Notes: generated by a model not told the origin, from the letters alone. DNA of 64,000 bases from Polyangiaceae bacterium (GCA_965222375.1 CBDCTZ010000016.1:736001-800000); one strand, 5' to 3'. Shown: positions 18,146 through 28,095, counted from the stretch's first letter. A program made the numbers and translations.

Positions 18146-19482
18146 GGGCCACCGTTTTCGTTCTTGCGCTTCACGTAGCCCGCGCCGCGGGTGGCGAAGA
18201 TTGCTCCAATGCCGATCAGCACCAATGTGGCGGTCACGAAGCCGCCGATGAAGGGCAGGCTGGATCCGACCAGGTACAGCAGGCAGCCAAGGGCCAGATG
18301 CGCGTACGCATTGGGGGTCTTGTGGTGGATCAGCGCGCCGCCCAGGGTCGTGAGCGCTGCGGCGATCCCGACATAGGTGGCAAAGGTCGCCACTAGAGCG
18401 CCGATGACCGCCAGGGGAATGCCCACCAGCGTGACGCACAGCACGATGAACACCAGGGCCGTGAGGAGCGTGCCGACGATACCGAGCGCAAAGGTACGCA
18501 TGGGGCGCGCTGCGATTTCTTTCTCCAGGGTTTCCATTCTTCGCGTGGCCAGCGCCAACAACACGGCGCCGAATACGAAGAGCAGCGCGGTTCGTGTCAG
18601 CGCTCGCCCAGCGTCGCGAAGCAGACCGCCGCCAGTGACGGTCACAGACTTGGCAGCCTTGTTGATCTTGCCTCCGATGTGAGCGCCTTTGCCACGCTCC
18701 ACGGAGCCGCCCAGCACTCCGACGCCGCCGTTGATGCGGGCTCCGTCCTGGATCTCGAGTTTGCCGCCCAATACGGAAGCGTCGCCGAGCACCCGCGCTC
18801 CTTCGTGCAGCACGGCGGAGCCGCCCATGATCGAGAGGTCGCCCTTGACCAGGCCATGCACGTCTGCGGCGCCACCCATCACGACGAGGTCTTGAACCAC
18901 CTCGTCCTTTTCGACGACGGTGTTGCCTCCGGTCACGACGCGGTCTTCGACGGATCCATGGTCAGCGGAGTCGTTGTCTTCGTCTTCGTCCTCATCGGGG
19001 TCGGGGTCGGGATCAGGATCGTCGTCTTGGGTTTTCGCCGCGGCTGGTGGCGCTGGCGTTGCCGGTGGTTTCGGCGTGGCGGCGAAGGGGTCCCCGGCTC
19101 TCGCGGATGCGGTGGCTCCGGCTGGCGCGGCGGGTGACTCGGCGGCGCCCGCGGATTTGGCAACGCTGACGTGAACTAGATTGCCCTCGCGCTTCACGAT
19201 GTAGTCGCGATCCGTCAGCAGCAGCTCCAAGATCTTGCGCGGGGGTTGATCCTTGATGTGGATGTCCACGGGCTGCCGATTGGGCGCATCCACCACGATG
19301 CTCCAGCCGGCTTGGTCCGCCAGCTTTCGCAACGCTTCTGCCCGCGGCAGCTCGGTAACGGACAGGCTCACCTTGTTTTCACTGTCCGGCCATTCGCCTT
19401 CCAGGGTGACCCCGGCCCACGCGGCCGTGTGCAGGCACAGCACCGCACAGAGAACTTGCAACCAAATGACCAGGCGAGTCAT
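18124..19482 (-). CDS. Membrane protein: signal peptide, STN (secretin/TonB N0) domain, bactofilin-like beta-helix and multi-TM C-terminus
   Basis: VSLSVTELPRAEALRKLADQAGWSIVV...VDIHIKDQPPRKILELLL...VKREGNLVHV (STN-like); V.GDLVVMGG/GDASVLGG repeats; about five hydrophobic helices. Confidence 0.8.
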   Translation of the reverse strand: MTRLVIWLQVLCAVLCLHTAAWAGVTLEGEWPDSENKVSLSVTELPRAEALRKLADQAGWSIVVDAPNRQPVDIHIKDQPPRKILELLLTDRDYIVKREGNLVHVSVAKSAGAAESPAAPAGATASARAGDPFAATPKPPATPAPPAAAKTQDDDPDPDPDPDEDEDEDNDSADHGSVEDRVVTGGNTVVEKDEVVQDLVVMGGAADVHGLVKGDLSIMGGSAVLHEGARVLGDASVLGGKLEIQDGARINGGVGVLGGSVERGKGAHIGGKINKAAKSVTVTGGGLLRDAGRALTRTALLFVFGAVLLALATRRMETLEKEIAARPMRTFALGIVGTLLTALVFIVLCVTLVGIPLAVIGALVATFATYVGIAAALTTLGGALIHHKTPNAYAHLALGCLLYLVGSSLPFIGGFVTATLVLIGIGAIFATRGAGYVKRKNENGGPYRTAAV

Positions 19483-20003
19483 CGAGCGACTCCTTTCCAA
19501 ACGAGGCGCCGTGGGGCGACCCGCGCAATCACGAGACCAGCGAAAGCGAGCAAGAGGGCCGCGCCGCACCACGCCGCCACCCAAACGGGACCTTGAAAAC
19601 CATGTCGGAGCAGAACGCCGGCGCTCTTGACCAAGACCAGCAGCCCCTGAAAACCAGCGGCGGGCAGCGACATCAGCTGCCTGAGGGAATCCCCGAGCGC
19701 GGGCAAGAGGCCCAGCGCCGCGAGGGCGACCGCAGCGACCACTGCCACGACTGGGAAGCGCACTGCGACGGGAGCCGCTTCCGGAGCTGCTGCAAGTGCC
19801 GCGAAGGCCTCGTGGGCCTTTGCCGACAGCAGAGCCATCTCTCCCAAGCGTTCACTACACTGCGTGCACTCTCCCGCGTGCGCCTGAGCGCTCTCCGGAA
19901 CTAGCGAAAGCTCCGCATCTGCGAGCGCTACCAGCGCTTCATCGCTCAAGTGCCCGTCGGACTGCCAAACGAGCTCGGGGTCAAGTCCGTGCTCTGTCAT
20001 CAC
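19479..20003 (-). CDS. Zinc-binding (ZAS) membrane anti-sigma factor
   Basis: GHLSDEAL...HAGECTQC (Hx3Cx2C); C-terminal TM helices; overlaps both neighbours by 4 nt. Confidence 0.8.
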   Translation of the reverse strand: MMTEHGLDPELVWQSDGHLSDEALVALADAELSLVPESAQAHAGECTQCSERLGEMALLSAKAHEAFAALAAAPEAAPVAVRFPVVAVVAAVALAALGLLPALGDSLRQLMSLPAAGFQGLLVLVKSAGVLLRHGFQGPVWVAAWCGAALLLAFAGLVIARVAPRRLVWKGVAR

Positions 20004-20578
20004 GCTTCTCCTTCATCCAATGCTTGCGACAGCGCCCGGCGTCCCCGCGACACCCAGGTGCAAACGGTGCCAATCGGTACGCTCATCTCTGCTGCAATTT
20101 CTTTGTAGGCCATGCCCTTGAGATGAAACATCTCCAGAGCAGAGCGTTGGTCGTCGTTCAGAGTCGCAAGGGCTGCGTGCACACGGGCTTGCACTTCCTT
20201 GCGCTCAATCTGTTGGTCCACTGCGGGGCTGGAGTCTGCGACTCGCTCGACCGGGGACGTATCGTCCTCACCGCGGAGTGCCGCTCGCTTCAGCGCGCGC
20301 TGCCGTGCGCGCCCGGCGTCGAGAGCCACGTGGCGTGCAATGCCGAGCACCCAGGGTGCCAAGGGTTCGCCGTCGCGCAGACGCTCGCGGCCTTCGATGG
20401 CGCGGCGGAAGGTCTCGTGGGTGCAGTCTTCTACGTCGGCGTTCGAGGCCGGCAGCCGCAGGACGCGAGCGACCACGGCGCGGACGAGGGGCCGAAGCTG
20501 TTCGAGCCTTTCCGGCTGCGCCAGGACAGCCGGGGGCCCGAGGACTGGTGGCGGTAGAGCCATCCCGAGCGGAAGCAT
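20000..20578 (-). CDS. ECF RNA polymerase sigma-70 factor
   Basis: Region 2 (DVEDCTHETF...WVLGIARHVALD) and region 4 (LNDDQRSAL...GMAYKEIAAEMSVPIGTV...SRGRRAL). Confidence 0.92.
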   Translation of the reverse strand: MLPLGMALPPPVLGPPAVLAQPERLEQLRPLVRAVVARVLRLPASNADVEDCTHETFRRAIEGRERLRDGEPLAPWVLGIARHVALDAGRARQRALKRAALRGEDDTSPVERVADSSPAVDQQIERKEVQARVHAALATLNDDQRSALEMFHLKGMAYKEIAAEMSVPIGTVCTWVSRGRRALSQALDEGEA

Positions 20579-20651
20579 GCTTACCTTCTCTTCGCCGGGG
20601 GGCCTCCGCTTATTTCAGGCTGGCCACGGTCGGGCCCAGAAGGGGCTCTAA

Positions 20652-21554
20652 CTAGAGGGAATCGTGGAAAATCGCCCGGGCGATGTTGAAGCGGCACAGG
20701 CCGGGGTCCACGGCGCTGGTCACTTTGGGCAGGGAGGCGTCCTTGCCCAGATCCCACAGCGGGGGCGGCGAAAGGGCCCGACCCTTGTCGTCCGTGACCC
20801 GGCGGACCGGAGGGCGTTCCGGCTGGTATTCCGGCGGCCCGATCACGACGGCCCAGGAGCCATCCTCCAGAACCACCGCGCTGCCCACGGGGAATTGACC
20901 CACCACGCGCGCGAGGACGCTGACCCAGGGCCCGAGGGCGGACTCTTTGGACAGGGCTCTCAACACTTCATGGGAAGAGACTCGGGCACCGACCTCGGTG
21001 CTGCTGCAGCGTTCTGCGAAGGCGCGCGCCGTAGCGACCAGGAGCGAACGAGCCAGGGGCTGGCGTAGGCCAGCGTAGAGAGCGCCATTGTTTTTCGACT
21101 GAGAAAGCCATGCCGCTTCGAATACGGTGACAGCGATGTTGCGCGAGGCTTCGTCACCGCCCAAGCAGGCGGCCGCCGAGACCGCCGGCACCTTGGCCTC
21201 CGTGGGCTCCGGTAGCGCGCGGAACACCTCCAAGTCCAACCCCGACTGCCGCGCCAACCAGTGCCGGCCCAGTGGAACCAGCAGTGTGGCTTCAGCGTTC
21301 TGCGCGACCGTCTCATCCGAAGCCTCGAGGTCACGCCCCATGGCGGCTGACACGATGGCCGCGTGCGCGCTGATCACCGCTGGATCCGGCGTGCTTGGGC
21401 GCAGCGCGAGCGCGGAAAGCAGCTTCGCTGGGTTCTCTGCCGCTATCAGCTGTCCCGCCTGAGTTGCCGCAGCCCGGTTCGACTGCAGGGAATCCGCGCT
21501 CGTCGTCTTGCGCGCCACAGCGAAGATCTTGGCGATGCTCTCGATGGTCGTCAT
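20652..21554 (-). CDS. Degenerate HD-GYP-like protein (no HD or GYP motif)
   Basis: C-terminus VGQFPVGSAVVLEDGSWAVVI...RPPVRRVTD resembles the tail of HD-GYP proteins; ATGA-coupled to the upstream pseudokinase. Confidence 0.55.
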   Translation of the reverse strand: MTTIESIAKIFAVARKTTSADSLQSNRAAATQAGQLIAAENPAKLLSALALRPSTPDPAVISAHAAIVSAAMGRDLEASDETVAQNAEATLLVPLGRHWLARQSGLDLEVFRALPEPTEAKVPAVSAAACLGGDEASRNIAVTVFEAAWLSQSKNNGALYAGLRQPLARSLLVATARAFAERCSSTEVGARVSSHEVLRALSKESALGPWVSVLARVVGQFPVGSAVVLEDGSWAVVIGPPEYQPERPPVRRVTDDKGRALSPPPLWDLGKDASLPKVTSAVDPGLCRFNIARAIFHDSL

Positions 21555-24500
21555 TGGCTGTCGCCGTCCTGGGGCTTGCGCTGGGCCCACTGGGAAAGAG
21601 CGCGCTCGGCCGCGGCGCGCACGGACTCTTTGCCTCCCCATCGCTTTTTTGCGGCTTCTTCAAGGGCCTCTCGAGAGTCGTCCATGGAGCCGATCACCCC
21701 GAGCAGGTCTGCCGCCAGAACTCGGCACTCTTCATGCGCCGAGGACTCCAGCAGCTTCGTGTCGAGCAGGATCTCCGTCGCGATGACCTCGGCGCGAGGA
21801 GGCATGATTACCCCGAGGGCATGCAGTAGCTGGCGTTTCTCTTCATAGGACAACGAAGTGAACGCATTGGACTTGATCCGCAAGGCCAGGTGTGGCCCTG
21901 CCGCACGCAACTCGAGATCGCGGATGGCACGAAGTGCTTGCACGCGTGTCTCCTCGTTTGGCTCCGTGTCCAAGATCTTGGTCAATTCGGCCCGCACTCG
22001 CGGTCCGGTCAGTCCTTCCAGGCCCGATAGTGCCTCGACCCGGACCAGCGGTTGGGCGTGGTTGGTTCCCAGGGTCTCTAGCGCGGCCTTGGCACCCGCT
22101 GATGACAATTGAGCCAAGACTCGAACCAGTTTGCGGGCTGCAACTAGATCCGCCTCCATGGCTTTGCTGACGAGGGCGCCCTCTTGGCCCGCGGCGGTGC
22201 GCTCCAACGCCGCTCCGAGATCTACGGAGAGCTCGTCGTCAAAGCTGCCGCACAACCCACCGGCCAAGGCGCGGACATACTCGCCGTCTACCTCTTGGAG
22301 CAGCTGCCGCAGCAGTCCCCGCCGGTCCGGCGATAGGCTGCCCCATGCCGCCGGAGCGAGCAGCTCCGCCAGGCTTGCGGGCGGCAATGCCGTTCGAACC
22401 ACGGTCGAGTGAACCCGAGCCGCGAGCTTTGCGTCTTTGGACTCCTGCGCAACCCCCACCGCGAAGTCCACCAGTTTGTCCGGGCTCTCCGTCAGCTGCG
22501 ATAGCAATGCCGCCACGCCATCCGCCACCCCGTCCATGGCATCTAGCTCCGCGGCGTTCACCAAGACTCGAGTTGCCACGTCCAAGCTGCGTTCTAGGTC
22601 GGCAGATCCGTCGACTTCTGAGACCTTGGCTGGGCGTGGCGCGATGGATAGGCGCCGCCAGAACTGACTGTCGATACGTCGTGGTGGTTGCGACCCAGCG
22701 TCTGCGAAAGCATCTTCGAGCATCAGCGCGGAATCGAAGGCTAGAATGCCTCGGATCCGCTCGAGCTCGGCGCGAGAGGCCGCGTCGTCTTCAACCACAA
22801 CCTCACCTGCGTCCAAGGTTTCCGCTTCCGAAGGCGCTGTGGGCACTTCCAGTATCAGTTCGATGCTGGCGGGCGCGGCAGGTGGTGGGCGAGAGGATTT
22901 CCGCTCTACTGGCGCCGATGCTTCCTCTGCTTCGGGCGGCGCAGCATAGTCCCACAGGTCAGAATCTGCCGGTTGCTCCGAGTCACCACCCGGTGGCGCC
23001 GCGTCGCCGACGGGCGGGACCGAGCTCCGTGGCGGCGGCGAGGACTCGAGCACCTCCGGGCGCTTTGGAGGCGGCGAAGACTCGAGCACCTCCGGGCGCT
23101 GTGGCGGCGGCGAAGACTCGAGCACCTCCGGGCGCTGTGGCGGCGGCGAAGACTCGCGCACCTCGGGCCGTTTCAGCGGTGGGGGCGGCTTGGACTCGAG
23201 CGCCTCCGGCATCTGGACGGGCGGCGAAGATGGAGCGGTTGCGCTGCTGGCTTCGGATCCTCCCACCGGGGTCCCGGGCGTTTCGGAACTCTGCTGCGGT
23301 TGGAAGCGAGGATCATGCACATCGGATAGATCCAGCTCGATAGGTGGAGCGTCCGTCACGGCCGCGCTCTCCGACACGGGTGGCTTCTTCCAGCTCTCGA
23401 CCATGGCCGCCGGTGCCGCTTGGGTCTTCCTGGTTCCCAGCTCCGAGTCCGAATGCGCTTTTGCGGGTTCGGTTGGTGCCGCGGCCATTACCCGGGCGGA
23501 GGCGGAAACGACCTCCGCCGGCGCAAGGCCGTCGCTAGAGCGACGCGTTTCGCCGGCGGTTTCCACGCCGATGGCCTCGTCACTCGCCTCGCCCTTGGGG
23601 GGCACTTCATCTTCCCGGGCCGCTTCGCGGGTGCCCGACGCGGCGGAGGAAATCTTGGACTTGCTAGCGCGACGGGTGGACGTGGGCGGCGCGGAAGCGC
23701 GGCCGGTTTCTGCAGTGTCGTCCAATACGGTTGCGGCGGATATTCGCGGCAACGCCGCCAAGACTGGATCCCCCCGCAATAGCCGACATGCGTCGGCGAA
23801 TTGCTCTGCGCCCAGTCGAGCATCGGGATCTTCCGCCAGGCTGCACTCCATCAGATTCAGCAAGGCGGACGGCGCTTCCGGAGCTAACTCGGTCAACTGG
23901 CGGACCGATCCAGAGCCCGGCCCACGTGCGTCATGGCCGGTGAGCAGCTGAAACAAGAGTGCGCCCAAAGACCAGACGTCTGCTTCCGGAGTTGCCGCGA
24001 AGGAGGCTTCCGGAGCTTCGTAGCGCTCCGGCTCCGGCGGCCCCGGTAGTTCCAACGCCAGTGCGGCGTCTTGACGCAGTTCCGACAGGTTGAAATCAAC
24101 CACGCTCACCGCGCCATCATCCCCGATCAAGACGTGCCCCGCGTGCAGCGCACCGTGCAGTACGCCTTGGTCATGAGCGTGGCCGACGCCGCGCGCGGCG
24201 GCTTCGACGATTCGCAGCGCCTCCGCTGGCGGTACGCGTCCCCGCCGTCGGGCGGAAAAACTGGCGGCGCTCTCGCCGATGACGAGCTTGCGCACGACGA
24301 CCACGTGTCCGTCCACGTTGTCGCGGACATCACTGATGGGCACGATGCGAGGGTGGTCAAGGTCCTTCGTCGCCTCGACACACGACGCAAAGCGTGCCCC
24401 GAGGTCCTCCTTGAGCTTCGGACTGAGACGCTTCAGGGCCAGCAACGCGCCCTCGGTGTCTCGTGCCGACCACACGTCTCCCAGGAGCCCGTTGCCTATA

Positions 24501-24559
24501 TGCGCGACCAACGTCCAAGGACCGAATCGCGACCCCGACTCGTTGGGTCCACTACTCAT
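21551..24559 (-). CDS. Ser/Thr pseudokinase with long disordered linker and C-terminal HEAT repeats
   Basis: Kinase fold present (GNGLLG, LALK, YEAPE, ADVWSLG), but the catalytic loop reads HGALHAGH and DFG reads DFN; HEAT-like repeats (VRVEALSGL, TRVQALRAI, CRVLAADLLG). Confidence 0.85.
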   Translation of the reverse strand: MSSGPNESGSRFGPWTLVAHIGNGLLGDVWSARDTEGALLALKRLSPKLKEDLGARFASCVEATKDLDHPRIVPISDVRDNVDGHVVVVRKLVIGESAASFSARRRGRVPPAEALRIVEAAARGVGHAHDQGVLHGALHAGHVLIGDDGAVSVVDFNLSELRQDAALALELPGPPEPERYEAPEASFAATPEADVWSLGALLFQLLTGHDARGPGSGSVRQLTELAPEAPSALLNLMECSLAEDPDARLGAEQFADACRLLRGDPVLAALPRISAATVLDDTAETGRASAPPTSTRRASKSKISSAASGTREAAREDEVPPKGEASDEAIGVETAGETRRSSDGLAPAEVVSASARVMAAAPTEPAKAHSDSELGTRKTQAAPAAMVESWKKPPVSESAAVTDAPPIELDLSDVHDPRFQPQQSSETPGTPVGGSEASSATAPSSPPVQMPEALESKPPPPLKRPEVRESSPPPQRPEVLESSPPPQRPEVLESSPPPKRPEVLESSPPPRSSVPPVGDAAPPGGDSEQPADSDLWDYAAPPEAEEASAPVERKSSRPPPAAPASIELILEVPTAPSEAETLDAGEVVVEDDAASRAELERIRGILAFDSALMLEDAFADAGSQPPRRIDSQFWRRLSIAPRPAKVSEVDGSADLERSLDVATRVLVNAAELDAMDGVADGVAALLSQLTESPDKLVDFAVGVAQESKDAKLAARVHSTVVRTALPPASLAELLAPAAWGSLSPDRRGLLRQLLQEVDGEYVRALAGGLCGSFDDELSVDLGAALERTAAGQEGALVSKAMEADLVAARKLVRVLAQLSSAGAKAALETLGTNHAQPLVRVEALSGLEGLTGPRVRAELTKILDTEPNEETRVQALRAIRDLELRAAGPHLALRIKSNAFTSLSYEEKRQLLHALGVIMPPRAEVIATEILLDTKLLESSAHEECRVLAADLLGVIGSMDDSREALEEAAKKRWGGKESVRAAAERALSQWAQRKPQDGDSQ
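23031..23174. repeat. Four tandem 36-bp intragenic repeats encoding RPEVLESSPPP(Q/K)
   Basis: GGCGGCGGCGAAGACTCGAGCACCTCCGGGCGCTGT-type units, head-to-tail with no spacers; a degenerate fifth copy extends to ~23210. Confidence 0.9.
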
Positions 24560-24629
24560 TGCTCAAACCGCACCCGAGGGTGCACTCCGCAGCATATCGC
24601 GACTGTGGCGATGCTCGCCAAATAGGCGC

Positions 24630-27350
24630 TCATTCGACCAATCGGAGTCCCATGGGCAACTCTGCGCCGTAGAATTCCGCCCGATCCTTGTCCGCCAGGG
24701 CCACGTGCTCCCGGACGCAGCGGACCCACTCCGGATCGGCGCCGTGCCGCTGTAGGGCGCTCGCCACCGGCTCTCGCACCGCTTCGGATAGATCCCGCGC
24801 GCGGTCCCCGCTGACGCGAGCAAGGTCCCGAGCTGCGCGAGCGGCCAGGGGTTGGTCCGCCCACTTTTCGCCCATCACGTGTTTGAGCCACCGCTCGGCA
24901 ACCCCCGCCGGTACCACATAGTGTGCGCTGGCGTAGGTGGGCACCCGCGCGCCGAGTCGACCGATGGCAGACCAGAGGCGCGGATTGCGATCGGACCACG
25001 TGCGCTCGATCAACCACTCGCCCAATTCGGCTCGCCGCTCGGCTGGTACCCGCTCCAACGCTGCGGACAGTTCCAGCATCTCGTCGAAGGCCTGAGGCTT
25101 GAACCCCTTGGGCTTCTTTGGTCCTTGCCCCGATGGCGCCAAGAACGGATCGATGCGATTGCGAATCCGCGTTTGCAGACCCTCGTCGATGCCACCGGCC
25201 AAGCGCCGCCAGGCGATCCACAGTTGCTGCCAACCCCGCGCCTCGGCGGGGAAGCTGAGCCCCGCCTCGAAGAGCGGCGCGATCTTCTTTACCCGACTGG
25301 GATCGAGGGGATGTCCGTAACCCGGGCGTAGGGTGAAGCCGGAGAGCATCCAGAACACGCGCTCGTGGGATGCGGAGCGCAGGCGATTCTTCAGATTGGG
25401 CGAAAGCGCGTCGAAGAGCGCTCGGGACAGCTCACCGCTCCAGGTGCCGCGGTCCCCGAGCAGCTTCTCGAGGTTGCGCCACAGCTCCTTCACGGTGCGC
25501 TCCTTCACATCACTGCGCCCTTTGCCGAACACCAGCTCGATGGCGTTCTGGGCTTCCGTGAAACGCGATCCTTCGGGGCGCATGCTGGGCGCGCGACCCG
25601 GGCGCAGGCTTTTTCGCGCCACATCCTCGGGTGCTTCTTCCGGGGCGTCGCCACGTGTATCGAAGGAAAGCCGATAATGCCCCGCGGCATCCTGCTCCGA
25701 CGCGACACACTCGATTTCGACGGTGCCAACGGGCGATAGCTCGCCGGCTAGCTGAACCGCGACCTCGGTTTTTCCGTCCTCCGCTTCCAAGGTCGTAGCC
25801 AGCGGCGAAAGCCTGGCGTGCTGCTCGCTGTCCAATTCGACCACATCCCCAGGTGCGGTTGCTCCCGTATCCGAGGTGTAGACCTCGAAGCGCACTGGCT
25901 GTCCCACACGCAGTGCAAACTTCCGCCCGACCACATGGCGTGCACCCTCTTCGGCGCCTCGAGGCACGACGCAGACCGCCCGCTTCTTTTCATCGGCATC
26001 CGAAAGGGCGACGAAAAAGCCGTGGGCGCTGCCCCCGCCGATCAACAAGCCGCTTCCGCCGAGGGCTTTGCCATAAGCTACGGCGCCGCGCGCCACCGCC
26101 AGATCCGGATCGGCGCCGGGCACCAGCGCTGGGTTTCCACCAAAGCTCCGGATCACCTCTAGCACGCGCTCCGCCAAGATCTTGGAGTGGAAGAACCCTC
26201 CGTTGAGCAAGACCGCATCTGGTGCCCGCCCCTCTGGCGCGTGTCGGTTGAGGAATGCCGCGACGTGCCGCGTGATGGCCGGGTCATGCTCGTAGGGCAG
26301 CCCGAAGGCCATGAGGGCGCTGCGCGCTCGCTTCACCTCCGCGCCTTTGTCCACCAGAGGAACGAAACCGTCCAACACCAGGCGCCGGACTTCATCCCGA
26401 CTCAGCTCCGTTTTCAGTGTCGAGCCCACCAGCGCGGAGCCCTTGCCGAGCACCGATACCCGCTGACTTTCAGGAGCATCCTCAGCGAGCAGTCGCTCCT
26501 TGGCGCCGCGGCAAGCGAGCACGAGTTCGGCGAAGCGCCTTGGGTCGAGCTTCTTGGGCGCCGAGACCATGCGAGATTCCGCGACGTGTGCCAGCGCCAG
26601 ATCGATGTTGTCGCCCCCGAGCAGCAGATGTTTTCCGACCGCCAGTCGAGACACCTTCGGGGCCTGTGCGGGTCCACTCAACGAAATCAGTGTGAGGTCC
26701 GTGGTGCCGCCACCGACATCGACGACTAGAACCAGCGTGTCCTCGTCGCCTCTAGCAACCGCATCCGAGCCCAGCCGCGACCACACGTCATAGAAAGCGG
26801 CCTGGGGCTCTTCCAGCAGTCGGACCCGCAGTCCAGCCCGGGTTGCAGCTTGCACCGTCAACTCTCGGGCGACCTGGTCGAAGGACGCAGGCACCGTGAG
26901 AATCAACAGCGGCAGGGTCTCCATCTTTTCGCCGGGGTGCTTGGCGTCCCACGCCTGCCGCACGTGGCTCAGGATCTTGGCGCTGGCGTCCACGGGCGAG
27001 AGTCGAGGCAGCTCGGGATCGTCCGCACCCCACGGCAAGATCGCCGCGTTGCGATCGACTCGACTGTGGCTGAGCCAGCTTTTGGCACTCGAGACCAGTC
27101 GCCCTGGTGCTTCCTGCCCGCGACGCCGGGCATGCTCGCCAACGACCCAGGGCAAGTCACCCCAGGGGTCGCTGGTGGTTTCACCCGACGGCGCTGCAAA
27201 AAGGAATGAGGGCAGCAGTGGCTGCTCGCCGATCTCGCCCGGACCCGTTAGCTGCGAGATGGCAAAGGTCGACGGATCTTCGCCAGATCGCGCTCGAGCC
27301 ACGACCGTATGCGTCGTGCCCAAGTCGATGCCGATGACGGGAGAGTCCAC
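24630..27350 (-). CDS. Large DnaK-related Hsp70-family protein with C-terminal helical (DUF3731-like) domain
   Basis: GIDLGTT, TVPASFD, LEEPQAA, DVGGGTTD, GGDNID, LLNGG; C-terminal Trp-rich helical domain (HERVFWMLSGFTLRPGYG). GTG start at 27350 (ORF open to 27365). Confidence 0.9.
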   Translation of the reverse strand: MDSPVIGIDLGTTHTVVARARSGEDPSTFAISQLTGPGEIGEQPLLPSFLFAAPSGETTSDPWGDLPWVVGEHARRRGQEAPGRLVSSAKSWLSHSRVDRNAAILPWGADDPELPRLSPVDASAKILSHVRQAWDAKHPGEKMETLPLLILTVPASFDQVARELTVQAATRAGLRVRLLEEPQAAFYDVWSRLGSDAVARGDEDTLVLVVDVGGGTTDLTLISLSGPAQAPKVSRLAVGKHLLLGGDNIDLALAHVAESRMVSAPKKLDPRRFAELVLACRGAKERLLAEDAPESQRVSVLGKGSALVGSTLKTELSRDEVRRLVLDGFVPLVDKGAEVKRARSALMAFGLPYEHDPAITRHVAAFLNRHAPEGRAPDAVLLNGGFFHSKILAERVLEVIRSFGGNPALVPGADPDLAVARGAVAYGKALGGSGLLIGGGSAHGFFVALSDADEKKRAVCVVPRGAEEGARHVVGRKFALRVGQPVRFEVYTSDTGATAPGDVVELDSEQHARLSPLATTLEAEDGKTEVAVQLAGELSPVGTVEIECVASEQDAAGHYRLSFDTRGDAPEEAPEDVARKSLRPGRAPSMRPEGSRFTEAQNAIELVFGKGRSDVKERTVKELWRNLEKLLGDRGTWSGELSRALFDALSPNLKNRLRSASHERVFWMLSGFTLRPGYGHPLDPSRVKKIAPLFEAGLSFPAEARGWQQLWIAWRRLAGGIDEGLQTRIRNRIDPFLAPSGQGPKKPKGFKPQAFDEMLELSAALERVPAERRAELGEWLIERTWSDRNPRLWSAIGRLGARVPTYASAHYVVPAGVAERWLKHVMGEKWADQPLAARAARDLARVSGDRARDLSEAVREPVASALQRHGADPEWVRCVREHVALADKDRAEFYGAELPMGLRLVE

Positions 27351-27398
27351 AGAGCCGATATACAAATACCGCGAGGCAGGGGAAAGGCGAGATTGAGT

Positions 27399-27521
27399 TC
27401 AATAGGGCCCTGTGCTGGCGGGTCGAGCCACCAGACCTGCTCCATCGGAAACCGACGCTGTGCAGCGGGCCGCGAGGAACAACAGCGCTGCCACCAACCC
27501 CGCCCAGTCGCCGTTACACAT
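27399..27521 (-). pseudogene. Possible remnant of a lipoprotein N-terminus (40 aa)
   Basis: MCNGDWAGLVAALLFLAARCTASVSDG...*: a signal-peptide-like stretch with a spoiled lipobox, followed by a stop. Confidence 0.25.
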
Positions 27522-28071
27522 AGGTTTCTGATCCCGACGTCTTCAGACTACGGCCTGGCCAGAGCCCATCCACGAGCGCGGCGGACCAAAATCGGGCGGC
27601 GCGCGAGTCCGTTTCTGATTGCCCTCCGGGGGTCTGGTCCTCATAGTCCCGGTCGATTCCGAGTAGTCCCGAGCAGTTTGCCAAGACCATGAAGCCGCAA
27701 AGGACAGACAGCCCGCGCGTCCCCGGTCAGTGTACTCGATTGGGAGGAGGACGACTGGCTCCGAACCTTCCTCGGCGTTGGGTTTGTTGGGATGGCAACA
27801 GAGCTGTGTTGGGTCCAGCGTTGACGGCCCGAGGACTCTCGCAAACTGGGCCGAGTGCGCAGCGGCTGCTCCCTTTAAGGTTGCCCTTCGGTGGCTCAAG
27901 GTTGCTGCGTTTCGCGTCGTCGGCAAAATGCCCAGCTGCCCCAAGACGTCCTAACACCGGCAAACACACAGGTCTGGTTCCCGGGGAAAAGGCAGTCGAA
28001 GGACTGGATGAGAAGCCAGCTGTGGCACCGCGAGCACTGGCTGGTAGGTGCGCCTAGGTGTGGAGTCTCCG

Positions 28072-28095
28072 CGCGACATCAAACCCGAGAACGTC
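28072..28095 (+). pseudogene. Isolated Ser/Thr kinase catalytic-loop fragment
   Basis: CGCGACATCAAACCCGAGAACGTC encodes RDIKPENV; no other kinase subdomains are visible nearby. Confidence 0.4.

Noticed and set aside
23031..23174. 36-bp repeats as a CRISPR array
   Set aside because: The units are contiguous with no spacers, in frame inside a CDS, and there are no cas genes.
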